Positions 28,774 through 41,409 are shown, counted from the stretch's first letter. The stretch is 64,000 bases of DNA from an uncultured Actinomycetes bacterium (GCA_963809395.1 CAWEJM010000006.1:15922-79921), one strand, 5' to 3'. Notes: a model not told the origin generated them from the sequence alone. Translations and numbers: made by a program.

Positions 28774-29098
28774 CTGCGCCGCCTCCCTGCTCCTCGAAGA
28801 CCCGGAAGTTCGGGTCGACCAGCAGCCCGACGATCTCCAGAAGCCGCCTCACATTGGGATTGGGGCCGATGACACCCAGCCAACCGCGCTCCCGCAGCAG
28901 GCGCACGCCGGAGAGGAGGACGGAGAGCCCGCCGCTGTCGATGTAGGTGACCTGGCGCAGGTCGAGGAGCACGATATCGTTCCCGTCGGCGAGCGCCTCG
29001 TCGAGAGCCGACCCGACCGAGCCGCACGTATTGTGGTCGATATCTCCTCTGGCCTCGAGAAGGGGCGTCTCCCCGAGTCTGGTCACCGTCACTTCCAT
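28743..29098 (-). CDS. STAS domain anti-sigma factor antagonist; 3' end uncertain
   Basis: [48 protein letters not shown]. Confidence 0.65.
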
Positions 29099-30626
29099 GG
29101 CCACCGAATCGTTCTCGTTTCCGACCAACGTCTCCCAAGTACCCCACACGCGCTAACATGCCAAACACGCTCGCGCTCGGCGATCCAGCGGAGGATGGGC
29201 TCCCGGGCGGCCCTCACCTCGTCCGGTCTGCGCACCGGCGTGGTGTGCGGAGCCTCGCGGACGAGATCCGGGTCTTCGTCGATCTCCCGGTCGATGCGCT
29301 CCATCACCTCCACGAAGGCGTCGAGCGTGGGCAGATCCTCGGTCTCGGTCGGCTCGATCATGAGGGCTTCGGGGACGATGAGGGGGAAGTAGATGGTGGG
29401 GGAGTGCATTTCAAAATCGAGGATCCGCTTGGCGATGTCGCGAGCCGTGCCTCCGCGCTCGGCCTGAGCGGAGGCCGAGAGCACGAACTCGTGCATGCAG
29501 AGGCCGTCGTAGGGGACCCGGTAGCGATCGCGCAGGCGCACGCGCAGGTAGTTGGCGTTGAGCACCGCGTCCTCGCTGGCTTGGCGCAGACCGTCGGCCC
29601 CCATGCGCAGCAGGTAGGCGTACGCTCGGATCAGCACGCCGACATTGCCGTAGAAGCCCTTGAGCCGGCCGATGCTGAGGGGGCGATCGTAGTCGAGCCC
29701 ATAGGTGCCCGGCGCTCGGAGCGGAACACGAGGGGCAGAGGGAGGTAGGGCTCCAGCGCGGCGCTCACCGCCACCGGCCCCGCTCCGGGACCGCCGCCGC
29801 CGTGCGGGGTGGAGAAGGTCTTGTGGAGGTTCATGTGGACCACGTCCATGCCCATGTCGCCGGGGCGGGCCTTGCCCATGATGGCGTTGAGGTTGGCTCC
29901 GTCGTAGTAGCAGAGGGCGCCGGCCTCGTGGGCCAGGCGGGAGATCTCGAGGATGTCCTCTTCGAACAGCCCCAGGGTGTTGGGATTGGTCAGCATGAGA
30001 GCGGCGGTCCGGTCGGATAGGTTGGCCCGCAGGGCGGCCAGGTCGATGAGGCCCCGAGGCGAGCTGGGGATCTCCACGACCCGATAGCCGGCCATGGCCG
30101 CGGAGGCCAGGTTGGTGCCGTGGGCGGAATCGGGGACGATGACCGTGTCCCGGCGGTCGCCGGCGTGGTCTCGGTGGTAGGCCTTGATCATGAGGATCCC
30201 GGCCAGTTCGCCGTGGGCTCCGGCCGCCGGCTGCAGGGTGGCCCGGTGCATGCCGGTGATCTCGAGCAGCGCCCGCTCGAGTTCGTACATCAACCGGAGC
30301 AGGCCTTGGACCTCATCTTCCGCCTGGTAGGGGTGCAGGTCGGCGAAGCCCGGCAAGGCGGCCAGCTCGTCGTTCAGCTTGGGGTTGTACTTCATGGTGC
30401 AGGAGCCCAGCGGGTAGAACCCGGTGTCGACCGAGTGGTTCAGGTGGGAGAGGCGGGTGTAGTGGCGCACCACCTGGGGTTCGGCCACTTCGGGCAGGCG
30501 GGGCGGCTCCTGGCGCAGGCGCACCCCCGGCAGCAGAGCGGCCAGGTCGGCCGGCGGGACGCCGGCGGCGGGCAGATCGAGCCCGCGAAGCCCGGGCACG
30601 CTCTTGGCGAAGATGAGGGGTTCCAT
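29089..30626 (-). CDS. gcvPB: Glycine dehydrogenase (decarboxylating) subunit 2, frame broken
   Basis: [40 protein letters not shown]-terminal part in ORF 29089..29637. Confidence 0.85.
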
Positions 30627-30660
30627 GCGCGCCATCATCGCCCGCTTCGGCGGTGCGGGG

Positions 30661-32154
30661 TCAGCGCCGGGGCGGCGCGCCTCGGCTGGTCGGCGCCGAG
30701 GCGAGCACATCGAGAACCTCTCGCGCGCCGGCGAGATACCGGTCGAGCGCCTCCGGCGTGTTCAGCTCGGTGACCGCCACCAGGAGCACGTTCCCGGCCG
30801 CAGCGGCGTCCGGTACGGCGGCGCTCGCGAGGCAGGCGGTGGCGACAGCCGCCGGCGCCCGCCGGGGCCGAGGCCGCGGCCCGCGAAGCAGGCGGCCGAA
30901 CGGCACGCCGGGATCCACGCCCCGGCCGCGCATGGCGGCTGACGAAGCTGGAGGCGGCGCAGGGCAACCGCAGGGCGAACTCGTGGAAGAACGGGCCCTC
31001 GACCAACGGCTTCACGCCCGGGAGGGCACAGAGCCCGGCGTGGAGATAGTGGGCGCGCTCCAGGCAGATCAGCCCCAGCTCGCGCAGGCCTTGAGGACCG
31101 AGCAGGGCCAGGTGGATGGTGGCGGCCAGCGCGCTCAGAGCCTGGTTGGAGCAGATGTTGGAGGTGGCCTTCGCCCGGCGGATGTGCTGCTCCCGAGCCT
31201 GCAGGGTCAGGGTGTAGCAGGTCCGCCCGTCCTCATCGACGGTCTGGCCCACCAGACGGCCGGGGATCTGGCGCACGTGAGCCTCCCGGCAGGCCAAGAA
31301 GCCCGCGGACGGCCCCCCGAAAGACGGGGCGTTGCCGAATACCTGCACGTCTCCCACCGCGATGTCGGCTCCGGCCCTCCCGGGGCCTCCAGGATCCCCG
31401 AGCGTCACCGGGTTGACAGCCACCACCAGCAGGGCGCCGAGCGGCGTGGGCCGCCTCCGCCAGCGGTTCCAGATCCTCGATCACCCCCAGGCAGTTGGGC
31501 TGCTGCACCAGCACGGCGCCGATCGAGTCTGCCGGCAGGGCGGCGGGACGCGGCGGGCGGGCGAAAGAGCCGGGGGATATCAGTCGCTCCCGACCGAGGG
31601 TCGAGGGGCCACTGGTGCACGGCCAGGCCGGGACCGGCGGCGTACGTCGCGACCACCTGGGCGGCCTCGGGGTGCACTCCGGCGGAGATGAGTATCCCGT
31701 CTCGCCGGGTGAGGCGCAGGGCCATGAACGCCGCTTCGGCCAAGGCGGACGGGCCGTCGTAGAGGGAGGCGTTGGCGACGTCCAGGCCGGTGAGCTCGCA
31801 GATGCAGGTCTGAAACTCGAAGATGTGTTGCAGCGTGCCTTGGCTGACCTCTGCCTGGTAAGGGGTATAGGCGGTGGCGAACTCGCTGCGGGCGGTCAAA
31901 GCCCGGACGGCGGCCGGCACGAAGTGGCGGTAGCATCCGGCTCCGAGAAACGAGGCCGGACCCAGCGGCCGGTTCGCGCCGGCAAGGGCCTCCACCCGAG
32001 CCCGCACCTCGGGCTCGGTGAGGCCCGGCGGGAGGTGGAGCTCCGCCCTCTGAAGGGATCGGGGTATGGGGGCGAACAACTCCTCAACGGTGGAGACGCC
32101 CACCACCTCCAACATGTGCCGGCGGTCGTTCTCGCTGTGGCTCTCGTATCTCAT
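30661..32154 (-). CDS. gcvPA: Glycine dehydrogenase (decarboxylating) subunit 1, frame broken several times
   Basis: [68 protein letters not shown]. Confidence 0.85.
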
Positions 32155-32299
32155 GCGGCCCCCATCTTAGCGCTCCGTCGGCCGCTGTTGCGCACGTATC
32201 CTTTGCCGATATTTCGGGATTTGCTCACACTTCCCTCACATCCTGGACGCCAGACTGATCACATCAGACCGTGATCGACGATCAGAGGAGGCGTTCGAA

Positions 32300-32800
32300 A
32301 TGAAGACTATGTGGATGCGGATGTGGAGACGCAAATGGCTCGTCACCGCGGCGACCTTGGCCATGTTCCTGTCCGTGGGAGCGGTGGCCTGGGCGGCCGG
32401 CGGCGACGGGACGCAGGCTTCCGACCCGAGTCGCCGGAAGCCAAGTCGCTGCGGATGGCGCTGTGCTGGCTCTGGCCGGTACCGATCAGCAGTCGCTGAC
32501 GGCCGCCAAGACGGCCGACCCTCAAGCCAGGGAGGCGCTGAAGGCAGAAGCGCGAGCAGCGGATCAAGCGCCTTGAGGCCTTGATGAAACTGGTGCGAGA
32601 CAAGATGAGCCCTGAGGACCAGGCTACCTATGACCAGTTGGTGCAAACCGCCAAGGATCAACGTACTGCCCTTCAGCAGGCCCGGACAGGATCTGAACCA
32701 GACCGTCAAGGATCTGCGCGAGCTCACGAACAAGTACCTGGACGCTGGAAGCGCCGCGAGCGGTCTGCTCCGGCCGCGACGACCGCTCAATGAGGTAGCC
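32300..32800 (+). CDS. Hypothetical secreted helical protein, frame broken; extent approximate
   Basis: Signal-like MKTMWMRMWRRKWLVTAATLAMFLSVGAVAWA, then helical segments (KMSPEDQATYDQLVQTAKDQRTALQQA) in other frames. Confidence 0.3.
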
Positions 32801-33024
32801 CGGCGGCGCCCGCGGCCGCGAGACCGCGGGCGCCACGCGGTCGCCGCCGCGCCCATCCCCGGGGACGTCTGTCCCCGGGGATGGGCGCCGTCTCGGCCGA
32901 GCGGTCGGGCGACAGAGGGAACCGGGACCGGGGAGCAAAGTACTAGACCGTGCCGTAGGCCGCGTTGGGGCGCGGCGACGAACGCAACTCCGACGTGATC
33001 TTCAAGGAGGAAGAACCCAGAGTG

Positions 33025-33733
33025 ATGCCGGCGCGAGAGGGAGCGGGTCAACGCGATCGTCGTGGTCATCGAAGACGACCCTTCGATCTCCGAACTGCTG
33101 GAGCTCTATCTGAGCCGGGAGAGCTACGTGGTGCACGCGACCGCGCTCGGCGGCCTGGGCGCGGCTCTCGTCAAGGAGAAGAGCCCCGCCCTGGTGATCC
33201 TCGACCTCATGCTGCCGGACGGCTCGGGTTTCGACGTGCTCAAGGCCGTCAGAGGCTTCTCCCAGGTGCCGCTCATCATCCTCACGGCCCGGGACGCGGA
33301 GCAGGACAAGATCCTGGGCCTGGAGTTGGGCGCCGACGACTACATGGTCAAGCCGTTCAGCCCCGGCGAGCTGGTGGCCCGGGCCAGGGCGGTGCTGCGC
33401 CGGGTGGGCGCGCAGGCGGACCCGTCCACTCAGGTCCAGGTGCTGGGTGGCATCGAGCTGCTGCCCGACGAACGGACGGTGCGGGTCGACGGCGCGCTGG
33501 TGGACCTGACTCCGAAGGAGTTCGAGCTGCTCCACTACCTGCTGGTCAACCGGGGATTGGCCCTCACCCGCGAACGGCTGCTGGAGGAAGTCTGGGGCTA
33601 CAGCTTCTACGGCGACGCCCGCACGGTGGACGTCCACGTCGGCCAACTGCGGAAGAAGCTCGGCCCCTGGGGCAGGGTCATACAGACCGTGTGGGGGCTG
33701 GGCTACAAGGCCGATCCCGAGGCGTCATCGTGA
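33025..33733 (+). CDS. OmpR-family response regulator, 5' frame break
   Basis: AAGGAGG, then ATG 33025. VVIEDDPS, LVILDLMLPDGSG, winged helix LTPKEFELLHYL...GYKA. Confidence 0.85.
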
Positions 33734-35241
33734 ACGGCCGCGGGCTCCATCCGCTGGAGGCTCGTCCTGGCGCTGGCCGGCGTGTCGCTGTTCACTCTGG
33801 TGGTCGTCGGGCTGGTCTTCTACCTCTTCCTGGGCGCGTACGTCATCGACCGGCAGAAGGAGCAACTTCTCAACCAGGCGGTCGAGGTGGCGGAGCAGGT
33901 CGCAGGGGTTGAGCGACTCCGCTCCCGTCGGTCTCGCCGGAGGGAAGATCCTCACGGCGCTCTTGCGGTCCGATCTGCGCGTCCTGCCCGCCGGGGCGGG
34001 GATCGCGGTGTTCCGGGGCGCGGACGTGGTCGCCAAGGTGGGAGCCATCCCGGCAAAGACCGACAACCTGGCCCGCTTGCGGACGGAGGGCGAGCGACTG
34101 GGAGGCACGGAACCGGGCGCCGGGGTGGTCAGATCCGTCACCGGATCCGGGGCCGGCGGGCAGACGGTCGTTCTGCTGGCGGCCGCTCCCGTCCGGCTCT
34201 CGAACGGGACCTCGGGTCTGGCGGTGGTCACCCTTGCCAGAGCGGACGCCTTCGCGGCCAGACGGCGGTCTTCTGCGCATGCTGCTGATCTCGGGGGCGA
34301 TCGCGATCGCGCTGGCGGTGATCGTCGGGCTTGGGCCTGGGATCGTGGATGACCCGGCCTCTGCGCCGGCTCTCGGCTCGCCGCCCGAGGGATGGCCGGC
34401 GGTTCGTACGACCAGCCGGTGACCGGCACGTATCCGGGAGAGATCCAGGAACTGGCGACCAGCATGGAGACCATGCGCCAGGAGGTCCGGCGCAGCGAGG
34501 AATCGCTGCGCGGTTTCGTCGCCTCCGCGGCCCACGAGCTGCGCACGCCGCTCACCTCCATACAGGGCTTCTCTCAGGCCCTTCTCGACGGCACGGCGGC
34601 CACGACCGAGCAGCAGCAGCGCTCGGCGGCGGCCATCTATCGGGAATCGGCCCGGCTGCAACGACTGGTGGATGCCCTGCTCACCCTGTCTCGGTACGAC
34701 TCCCGCGAGTTCCACCCCACCTCTGGCGCCGGTGGCGGTCGAGGCTCTGATACGCGAGGAGGTGGAGCGTCTGGTCCAGGCGGGCCTTGCCGAGACCGGG
34801 CGGATAGTGGTGCAGGCCGATCCACAGGCCCGGGCGGTCACCGACGCCGACATGCTGCGCCAGGTGGTCGCCAATCTGCTGCGCAACGCCGTCCAGTATG
34901 GAGGCGCCGACCCGGTGACGGTCACGGCGTGGAGCCAGGGAGGGGAGCTTCTGATCGAGGTGACCAACGGCGGGGAGCCTCTCGGTCCGGAAGAGAGGGC
35001 GCGCATCTTCGAGCGCTTCTATCGGGGCCGGGGGGGCAGGCGCGGAGACGGGTTCGGTCTCGGTCTGGCTCTGGTGCGAGAGATCTGCGGGGTGCTCGGC
35101 GGGCGGGTGGAACTGGTGGGAGAGGGGCCGTCCACCGTGTTTCGGGTGACCATTCCCGTCGATCCCGGTAGGCACGCCGGTAGACCGGGGTTGCGGACTG
35201 GGCCCGAGGAGGCGTGTGCTACCATACTTTCCGCGCCATGA
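33730..35241 (+). CDS. Sensor histidine kinase, frame broken many times; 3' end uncertain
   Basis: GTGA overlap with the regulator gene. TM segments, H-box FVASAAHELRTPLTSIQG, N-box LLRNAVQYG, G-box GFGLGLALV. Confidence 0.75.
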
Positions 35242-35263
35242 ATCAAGCAACTGCGAGGTCGGC

Positions 35264-36715
35264 GTGCGCATCACCTTCATCGAACCTGCCGCTCCAGGCT
35301 TTCACGTATACAGCTTCGTAAAGCAAATCCGGCTCGGTCTCCCTCTTCTGGGCGCGCTCATGAAGGCGCGCGGACACGAGGTCCGCATCTACGCGGAGAG
35401 CCTCAGCGAGGTCGACTGGGACGACGTTCTCTCTTCGGACCTGGTGGGCATCTCGACCACCACGTCCACGGCCATCCGCGCCTACCGCTACGCGCAGCGG
35501 GTGCGCGACGCCGGCATCCCCATCATCATGGGCGGGCCGCACGTGACCTTCCTGGCCGACGAGGCCATGGACTTCTGCGACTACGTCATCCGCAACGAGG
35601 GCGAAGAGACCCTCGATCGAGCTGGTCGACTACCTGCAGGGCCGCGGGTCGCTCGAGAACATCCTGGGACTCACCTACCGGGCCAAGGACGGTCAGGTAG
35701 TGCACAACCCCGCTCGCCCTCTGCTGAGCTTCGCTGACCGATCTGCCCTGGCCCGACATGAGCCTGGTGGTGGGCGGCGAGAAGGTGCAGTCCCACTCCC
35801 ATCTTGGCCTCGCGCGGCTGCCCGTTCGGATGCGAGTTCTGCTCGGTGGTGCTGATGTTCGGGCGCAGGGTGCGCACCGTCGAGCCGGCGGAGGTGGTCA
35901 AGCACATCAAGCGAGCTGAAACCGCGAGAAGCTCTTCTTCTACGACGACAACTTCTTCATCAGCAAGCGCCGGGGCAAGGAGTTGCTGGCGCAGATGATC
36001 CGGGAGAAGGTGGAGGTGCCGTTCTTCGCTCAGATCCGGGTCGATTCCGTGTGCAAGGACGGCAAGGTCGATCAGGAGCTGCTCGATCTGCTCTGGAACG
36101 CCGGCTGCCGGATCGTCTACCTGGGGCTGGAGTCCGTCAACCCGGCCACGCTGAAGGAATATCACAAGGAATCCAGCATCGACGACATGGCCGGCGGCCT
36201 GGAAGCACTGGCCAACAGGGGCATCAAGACCCACGGCATGTTCGTGTTCGGCGCCGACTCCGACACCGCCGAGTCCCTGCACCACACGGCCGATTTCGCG
36301 ACGCAGCACGGTCTGAACAGCGTCCAGTTCCTGGCGCTCACCCCTCTGCCCGGCACGCGGCAGACCGCCCAGTTCGAGGCGGAGGGACGCATCTTCACGA
36401 AGAACTGGAGCCTCTACGACGGGCATCACGTGGTGTTCTGGCCCAAGCAGATGACGCCTTACGAACTGCAGGAGGTCATGCTGCAGGCTCACAAGCGGTT
36501 CTACAAGGCGCGGCGGATCGTCACCATCAAGCCCAAGGCTCCCATGTACCACAAGCACCAGATCGCAGGGATATCTGATCAGCCGGGCCTGGGAGCACGT
36601 GCGCGAGAACCGCGATTTCATGCGGGAGCTCAAGGATTTCTCCGAGTCGCAGGCGCCCCCGGTGTCGGTGGCTCCCGGCTTTCTCAAGTCGGGTTTCGAG
36701 ACGGTCACCCAGTAG
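35264..36715 (+). CDS. B12-binding domain radical SAM protein, frame broken
   Basis: VRITFIEPAAP...IIMGGPHVTF (B12-binding-like), SRGCPFGCEFC (CxxxCxxC), VYLGLESVN. Pieced from ORFs 35216, 35804 and 35983. Confidence 0.75.
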
Positions 36716-36856
36716 TCTCGCCGCTCCGTTGCCGGAGACGGGATGAGCCGGCGTTGGCCGCGGCTCGGTCCGTCGCGACAGAGGATTCTGCCCGTCTCTT
36801 TCGAAAGGCTATCATCGTCGACTTTCGCAATCGCTATTTGACCAAGGGGAGCACGT

Positions 36857-37616
36857 TTGGCCAAAGTCGTGGCCTTCGCGAATCAGAAGGGCGGCGTGGC
36901 GAAGACCACGACCACCCTCAATCTGGGTGTGGCCTTCCAGGAGCTGGGCCACCGCGTGCTGGCCGTGGACATGGACCCCCAGGGCAATCTCACCATGAGC
37001 CTGGGGCTCAACCCGGACTCGGTGCGGCCGAGCATGTTCGACGTGCTGGTCAACGGGGTGAGCATCGAGGAGGCGCTCTTCCATCAGGAGCTCGACGTGG
37101 TGGTGTCGAGCATCGATCTGGCCGCGGCCGAGATCGCGCTCAGCTCGCAGATCGGAAGAGAGACGAGCGCTGAGCAAGGCCCTGCTGCAGGTGCACGACC
37201 GGTACGACTACATCTTGATCGACACGCCGCCCTCGCTGGGCCTGCTGACCATCAACGCGCTGACGGCTTCCGACGCGGTGATCGTCCCCGTTCAGTGCGA
37301 GTATCTGTCGCTGCGTGGTCTGGCCCAGCTGGAACGGACTCTCGAGCTGGTGCGGGAGAATCTCAACCCCAACGTGCATATTGCCGGGATCGTGCCCACT
37401 ATGTACGATTCTCGTACGGTGCACGGACGGGAGGCCGTCGAGGTGCTCAGGAGCAGCTTCGGCGACCTGGTCTTCGAGACCACCATCCGGAAGACCATCA
37501 AGTTCGCAGAGGCGCCGGTGAAGGGGGAGTCGGTGCTCAAGTACGCGCCCGACAGCCAGGCGGCCAAAGCGTATCGCCAGCTCGCGAGAGAGGTGCTCAA
37601 TGGAAAAAAGATCTAG
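36857..37616 (+). CDS. parA: ParA/Soj-family ATPase, one frame break
   Basis: TTG start after AAGGGGA. ANQKGGVAKTTTTLNLG deviant Walker A, ILIDTPPSLG. C-terminal part in ORF 37191..37616. Confidence 0.85.
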
Positions 37617-39010
37617 CATGAAGGACAGCGGCCTCAGCTCTCTCTTCAGGGCGACGGAGGCGGCCAGGCAGGACGAAGAGGAAGCCGACTCTGCGGACCC
37701 AGGTGAGCAGAGGACGTCTCGAGCTCAGCCCGACGCGGGGCTCGGTCGACGACGACCGCCGACGCAGCGCCCGGGCGAGAGCATGTGGACGTCACCTGCA
37801 GCCTACCCGGACGAGGCCCGGCGCACGCTCATCCAGCCGTCTCGCAGCTTCCCGGCCGTCATCCGAGTGGTCGGGGTCGGAGGCGCCGGCACCAACGCGA
37901 TCAATCGCATGCTCGAGGCCGGGCTCGAAGGCGTGGAGTTCATCGCCATCAACACCGACGCGCAGGCTCTGGCCATGTGCGAGGCCGATCACAAGCTGCG
38001 CATCGGCCGGGAGCTGACCAAGGGGCTGGGCGGCGGTTCCGATCCCAAGGTCGGCCGGGAAGCGGCCGCGGCCGCGTACGACGAGATCAAGGCCATGCTC
38101 AAGGGCAGCGACATGGTCTTCATCACGGCGGGAGAAGGGGGCGGCACCGGTACCGGTGCCGCGCCGGTGGTGGCCGAGATAGCCAAGTCTCTGGGAGCGC
38201 TCACCATCGGCGTGGTGTCGCGTCCCTTCGCCTTCGAGGGCAAGCGTCGGGGCCTGCAGGCGCTGGAGGGCGTCCGCGTCCTGCGGCAGCGGGCCGACAC
38301 GGTGATCGTGGTCCCGAACGACAAGCTCCTCGAGGTGGCCGACAGGGGCACCTCGATGATCGCGGCGCTGCGCCTGGCCGACGACGTGCTCCGGCAGGGT
38401 GTGCAGGGCATCTGCGACCTGGTCACCGTGCCCGGTCTCATCAACCTCGACCTGGCCGACGTGCGCACCATCATGACCGGCGCGGGCACCGCCCACATGG
38501 GCATCGGCCGGGCCCGGGGAGAGCAGCGGGCGCAGAAGGCGGCGGAGATGGCCGTCAACTCCTCTCTGCTCGAGACCTCCATCGAGGGGGCGCGCGGCAT
38601 CCTCTTGAACATCAGCGGGGGCAAAGACCTGTCGCTCCACGAGGTCAACGAGGTGGCCGAGATCGTCAACGCGGCCGCCGATCCGGAGGCCAACATCATC
38701 TTCGGAGCGGTGGTGGACGAGTCCCTGGGCGACGCTCTCTGGGTGACGGTGGTGGCCACCGGGTTCGACGCCACCAGCGAAGAGGTACTGACGGAGCAGG
38801 TGGAGAGCGTGGCGAGGCTGCACCATCCGGGCGGGCGGCAGACTCCTGCCGGCGGTCGTCGCGGCTACGGCGGCACGAGCTCCGGCGGCGCGGGCGCCTC
38901 GTGCCGGCGCGCGAGGCCGCGCCCGGCGTTTCTCAACAGCCGCCTCGGCACGGGCAGACAGGCGCCGGCGGCCCGACGATGAGCTCGAGATCCCGCCGTT
39001 CCTAAGGTAG
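37600..39010 (+). CDS. ftsZ: Cell division GTPase FtsZ with about 85 aa N-terminal extension; C-terminal linker frame broken
   Basis: VVGVGGAGTNAINRM, GGGTGTGAAPVVA, NLDLADVRTIM. The conserved C-terminal peptide DDELEIPPFLR-TAG (stop 39008-39010) lies in another frame. Alternative start is the ATG at 37783. Confidence 0.9.
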
Positions 39011-39023
39011 GTCGGCGCTGCGG

Positions 39024-39485
39024 GTCAGCTTTCCGCCGGCGGCAGGTCGCGCTCGAAGTAGAGGCAGGTCTTCTCGGCCAGCCCCAGGCTGCGGTAGAAG
39101 GCGTGCGCGTCCAGGTTCCAGGACTCGGCCAGCAGGAAGAGCCGGCTGCAGCCACGCGCCCGGGCGATCGCCTCGGCGGCGCTCACCAGGCCCCGTCCCA
39201 CGCGGCTCGCGCCGGTGGCTCGCCGTGACCACCACGTCCTGGAGTTCGCACACGAGCGAGGCCGACCAGGTACTGTAGGAGAATATGAGGGCGCACATCC
39301 CCACCAGGTCGCCCTCGGATTCGGCTACCAGCAAGCGAATGGTCGGGTGACGCCAGGATGGCGGCGACGGTGGCGGCCAGGCGGTCCGGTGCGGGAGGGA
39401 CCACGCCATGGTGCTCCATGATCTCGTCGAGGAGCGAGAGCAGTCGGGCGGCGTCGGCCGGGGCGGCTTGTCGGTACGTGATCAT
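39024..39485 (-). CDS. GNAT family N-acetyltransferase, frame broken
   Basis: MITYRQAAPADAARLLSLLDEI, LLVAESEGDLVGMCAL, GRGLVSAAEAIARARGC, LYFERDL. Confidence 0.65.
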
Positions 39486-39515
39486 CGACGCGAGGGTAGC
39501 AGATGGATAGCTGAG

Positions 39516-40400
39516 ATGCTGTATCTGAACGGGGAGTTCATGCCTCTGTCCGAGGGGCGGGTAGACGTCGAGGACCGCGGGTTCCAGCTGGGTGACGGGG
39601 TGTACGAGGTCATCAAGGTCATGAACGGTCGCCTCGTGTGGCTCGATGACCATCTGGAGCGCTTGGGGCGCAGTCTGGCGGCGGTCAGGCTCGCCGAGGC
39701 GCTGGAGGGACATCGGCTCGACAGCGTGCTCCCCGAGCTGGTGGATCGTTCCGGGGTGCGCGACGGCATGGTGTACGTCCAGGTCACGAGGGGAGTGGCT
39801 CCCCGGGAGTTCGTGTTCCCGCATCCTCCGCACCCCACCGTGCTGGCCTACGCGCGGAGCAAGCCGTCTCCCCGACGTCGCCGAGATCCTGGCGGGAACG
39901 GTCCTTCACCCGGTGGAGGACCAGCGCTGGGCCCGCTGCGACATCAAGTCCACCAACCTGCTGGCCGCGGTGCTGGCCAAGGAGGAGGCTCGGGAGGCCG
40001 GAGCGCACGAGGCGCTCTTCCTGGGCCCGGACGGGGTGGTGCGCGAAGGCGGGTCGTCCAACGTCTTCGCGGTGCTCGGCGGCGTGCTCCGCACCCATCC
40101 GCTGAACAATCGCATCCTCGGGGGATCACCCGCAAGCACGTGCTCGAGATCGCCCGCCGGACGGGATACACGGTCGAGGAGCGGGCCTTCACGCTGGCCG
40201 AGGTGACTCGGCGCCGCAAGAGACGGGTGCGAGGTCTTCACCGCCTCGACCATGAAGGACATCCAGCCGGTCGTGCGGATCGGCGCATCACGTGATCGGG
40301 GACGGCCGTCCCGGTCGGGTGACTCTGACTCTGCTGGATGTCATGCGCCGGGAGCAGGCGCTTCTGGTGGGTCTGGCAGCCCCCTCCCGCATTGGCTTCA
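39516..40400 (+). CDS. Class IV aminotransferase (D-amino acid / branched-chain), frame broken; 3' end uncertain
   Basis: [63 protein letters not shown]. Confidence 0.7.
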
Positions 40401-41287
40401 CCAGGGCCAGGCTAGCGGCGTCGGGCCCGTGGCCGTCCGGCCCCGGCACCTCGAGCACGAAGGGGACGGCAGCGAACGCCGGGTGCCTCACCACCCGGGC
40501 CAGGCCGGCGAAACCGATGTGGCCGTCGCCCGGGTTCTCGTGCCGGTCGCGGGTCGATGCGAAAGGCGTCTTCGAATCGTTGAGGTGGATGAGCCCGACG
40601 GAGCTTAGGAGACCGCGCTCCCCGAGCTCCTCGACCAAGTGCTCCAGGCCGTCGGCGGTGTGTACCGCGTAGCCGGCGGCGAACAGATGGGCCGTGTCGA
40701 GGCACAGGCCGCAGCTCGGGGGGAGCGACGCCAGGAGTTCGGCCAGTTCCTCGAGACGACCGCCCACCGTTCCGCCCGACCCCGCGCCCGTCTCCAGGAG
40801 CAGGGGAGGGAGCCGTGCTCGTGGCCTTTCGCCACGAGTCCGCTCCGGCGCCGTCTATCGCCGCTCGTACCGCGCTGATCACCCACCCGGCCGCGGCGGC
40901 GAAGCCCTCGCCCCGATGAGAGCCCACGTGGGTGACGACGCCGGCCGCCCCGCGAGCGCGCCCAGGACCAGCGCCTCGGCCAGGGCCTCGCCGGAGCGCT
41001 GCCGGAGCGGTTCGTCCGGCGAGGCGAGGTTGATCAGGTAGATGGTGTGGAAGAAGAGAGGCAGGCGGTGCCGCCGCAGGCCGGCGGTCAGCGCGGTCAT
41101 CTCCTCCGGATGGGGCAGGCGGGTGCGCCAGGTCCGAGGGTTGGAGTTGAAGATCTGCACCGCCTCGGCGCCGATGGCGAGCGCCCGCTCCGGCACCGGC
41201 GCGAAGCCGCCCGCCGTGCGGATCTGGGCGCCGATCAGGGGAAGGCTTCGGGGCGCCGGGCTGCCGGCGCCGGTCTAGTCGCGCCAC
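40288..41287 (-). CDS. nfo: Endonuclease IV (deoxyribonuclease IV), frame broken; both ends uncertain
   Basis: LIGAQIRTAGGF, AVQIFNSNPRTW, HTIYLINLASPD, VTHVGSH, CLDTAHLFAAGY, IHLNDSK. Confidence 0.7.
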
Positions 41288-41409
41288 CTAGTCCTCGTTC
41301 TTCGAGGCGCTCTGTGCCCCTGCGGGGCCAGGATATAGAATCAGGCCGGGATTTTGAATCGGGATGGCACCACGGCGGGCGGGCACGGACGAAAGAAGGC
41401 GAGGCATCG

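Noticed and set aside
32155-32299. Glycine riboswitch expected upstream of gcvPA.
   Set aside because: Read on the minus strand, the leader lacks the conserved GGAGAG...CACCGAAGGGGCAA-type cores. Only a weak GCCGACGGAGC resemblance is present. A covariance-model search would be needed to exclude it.
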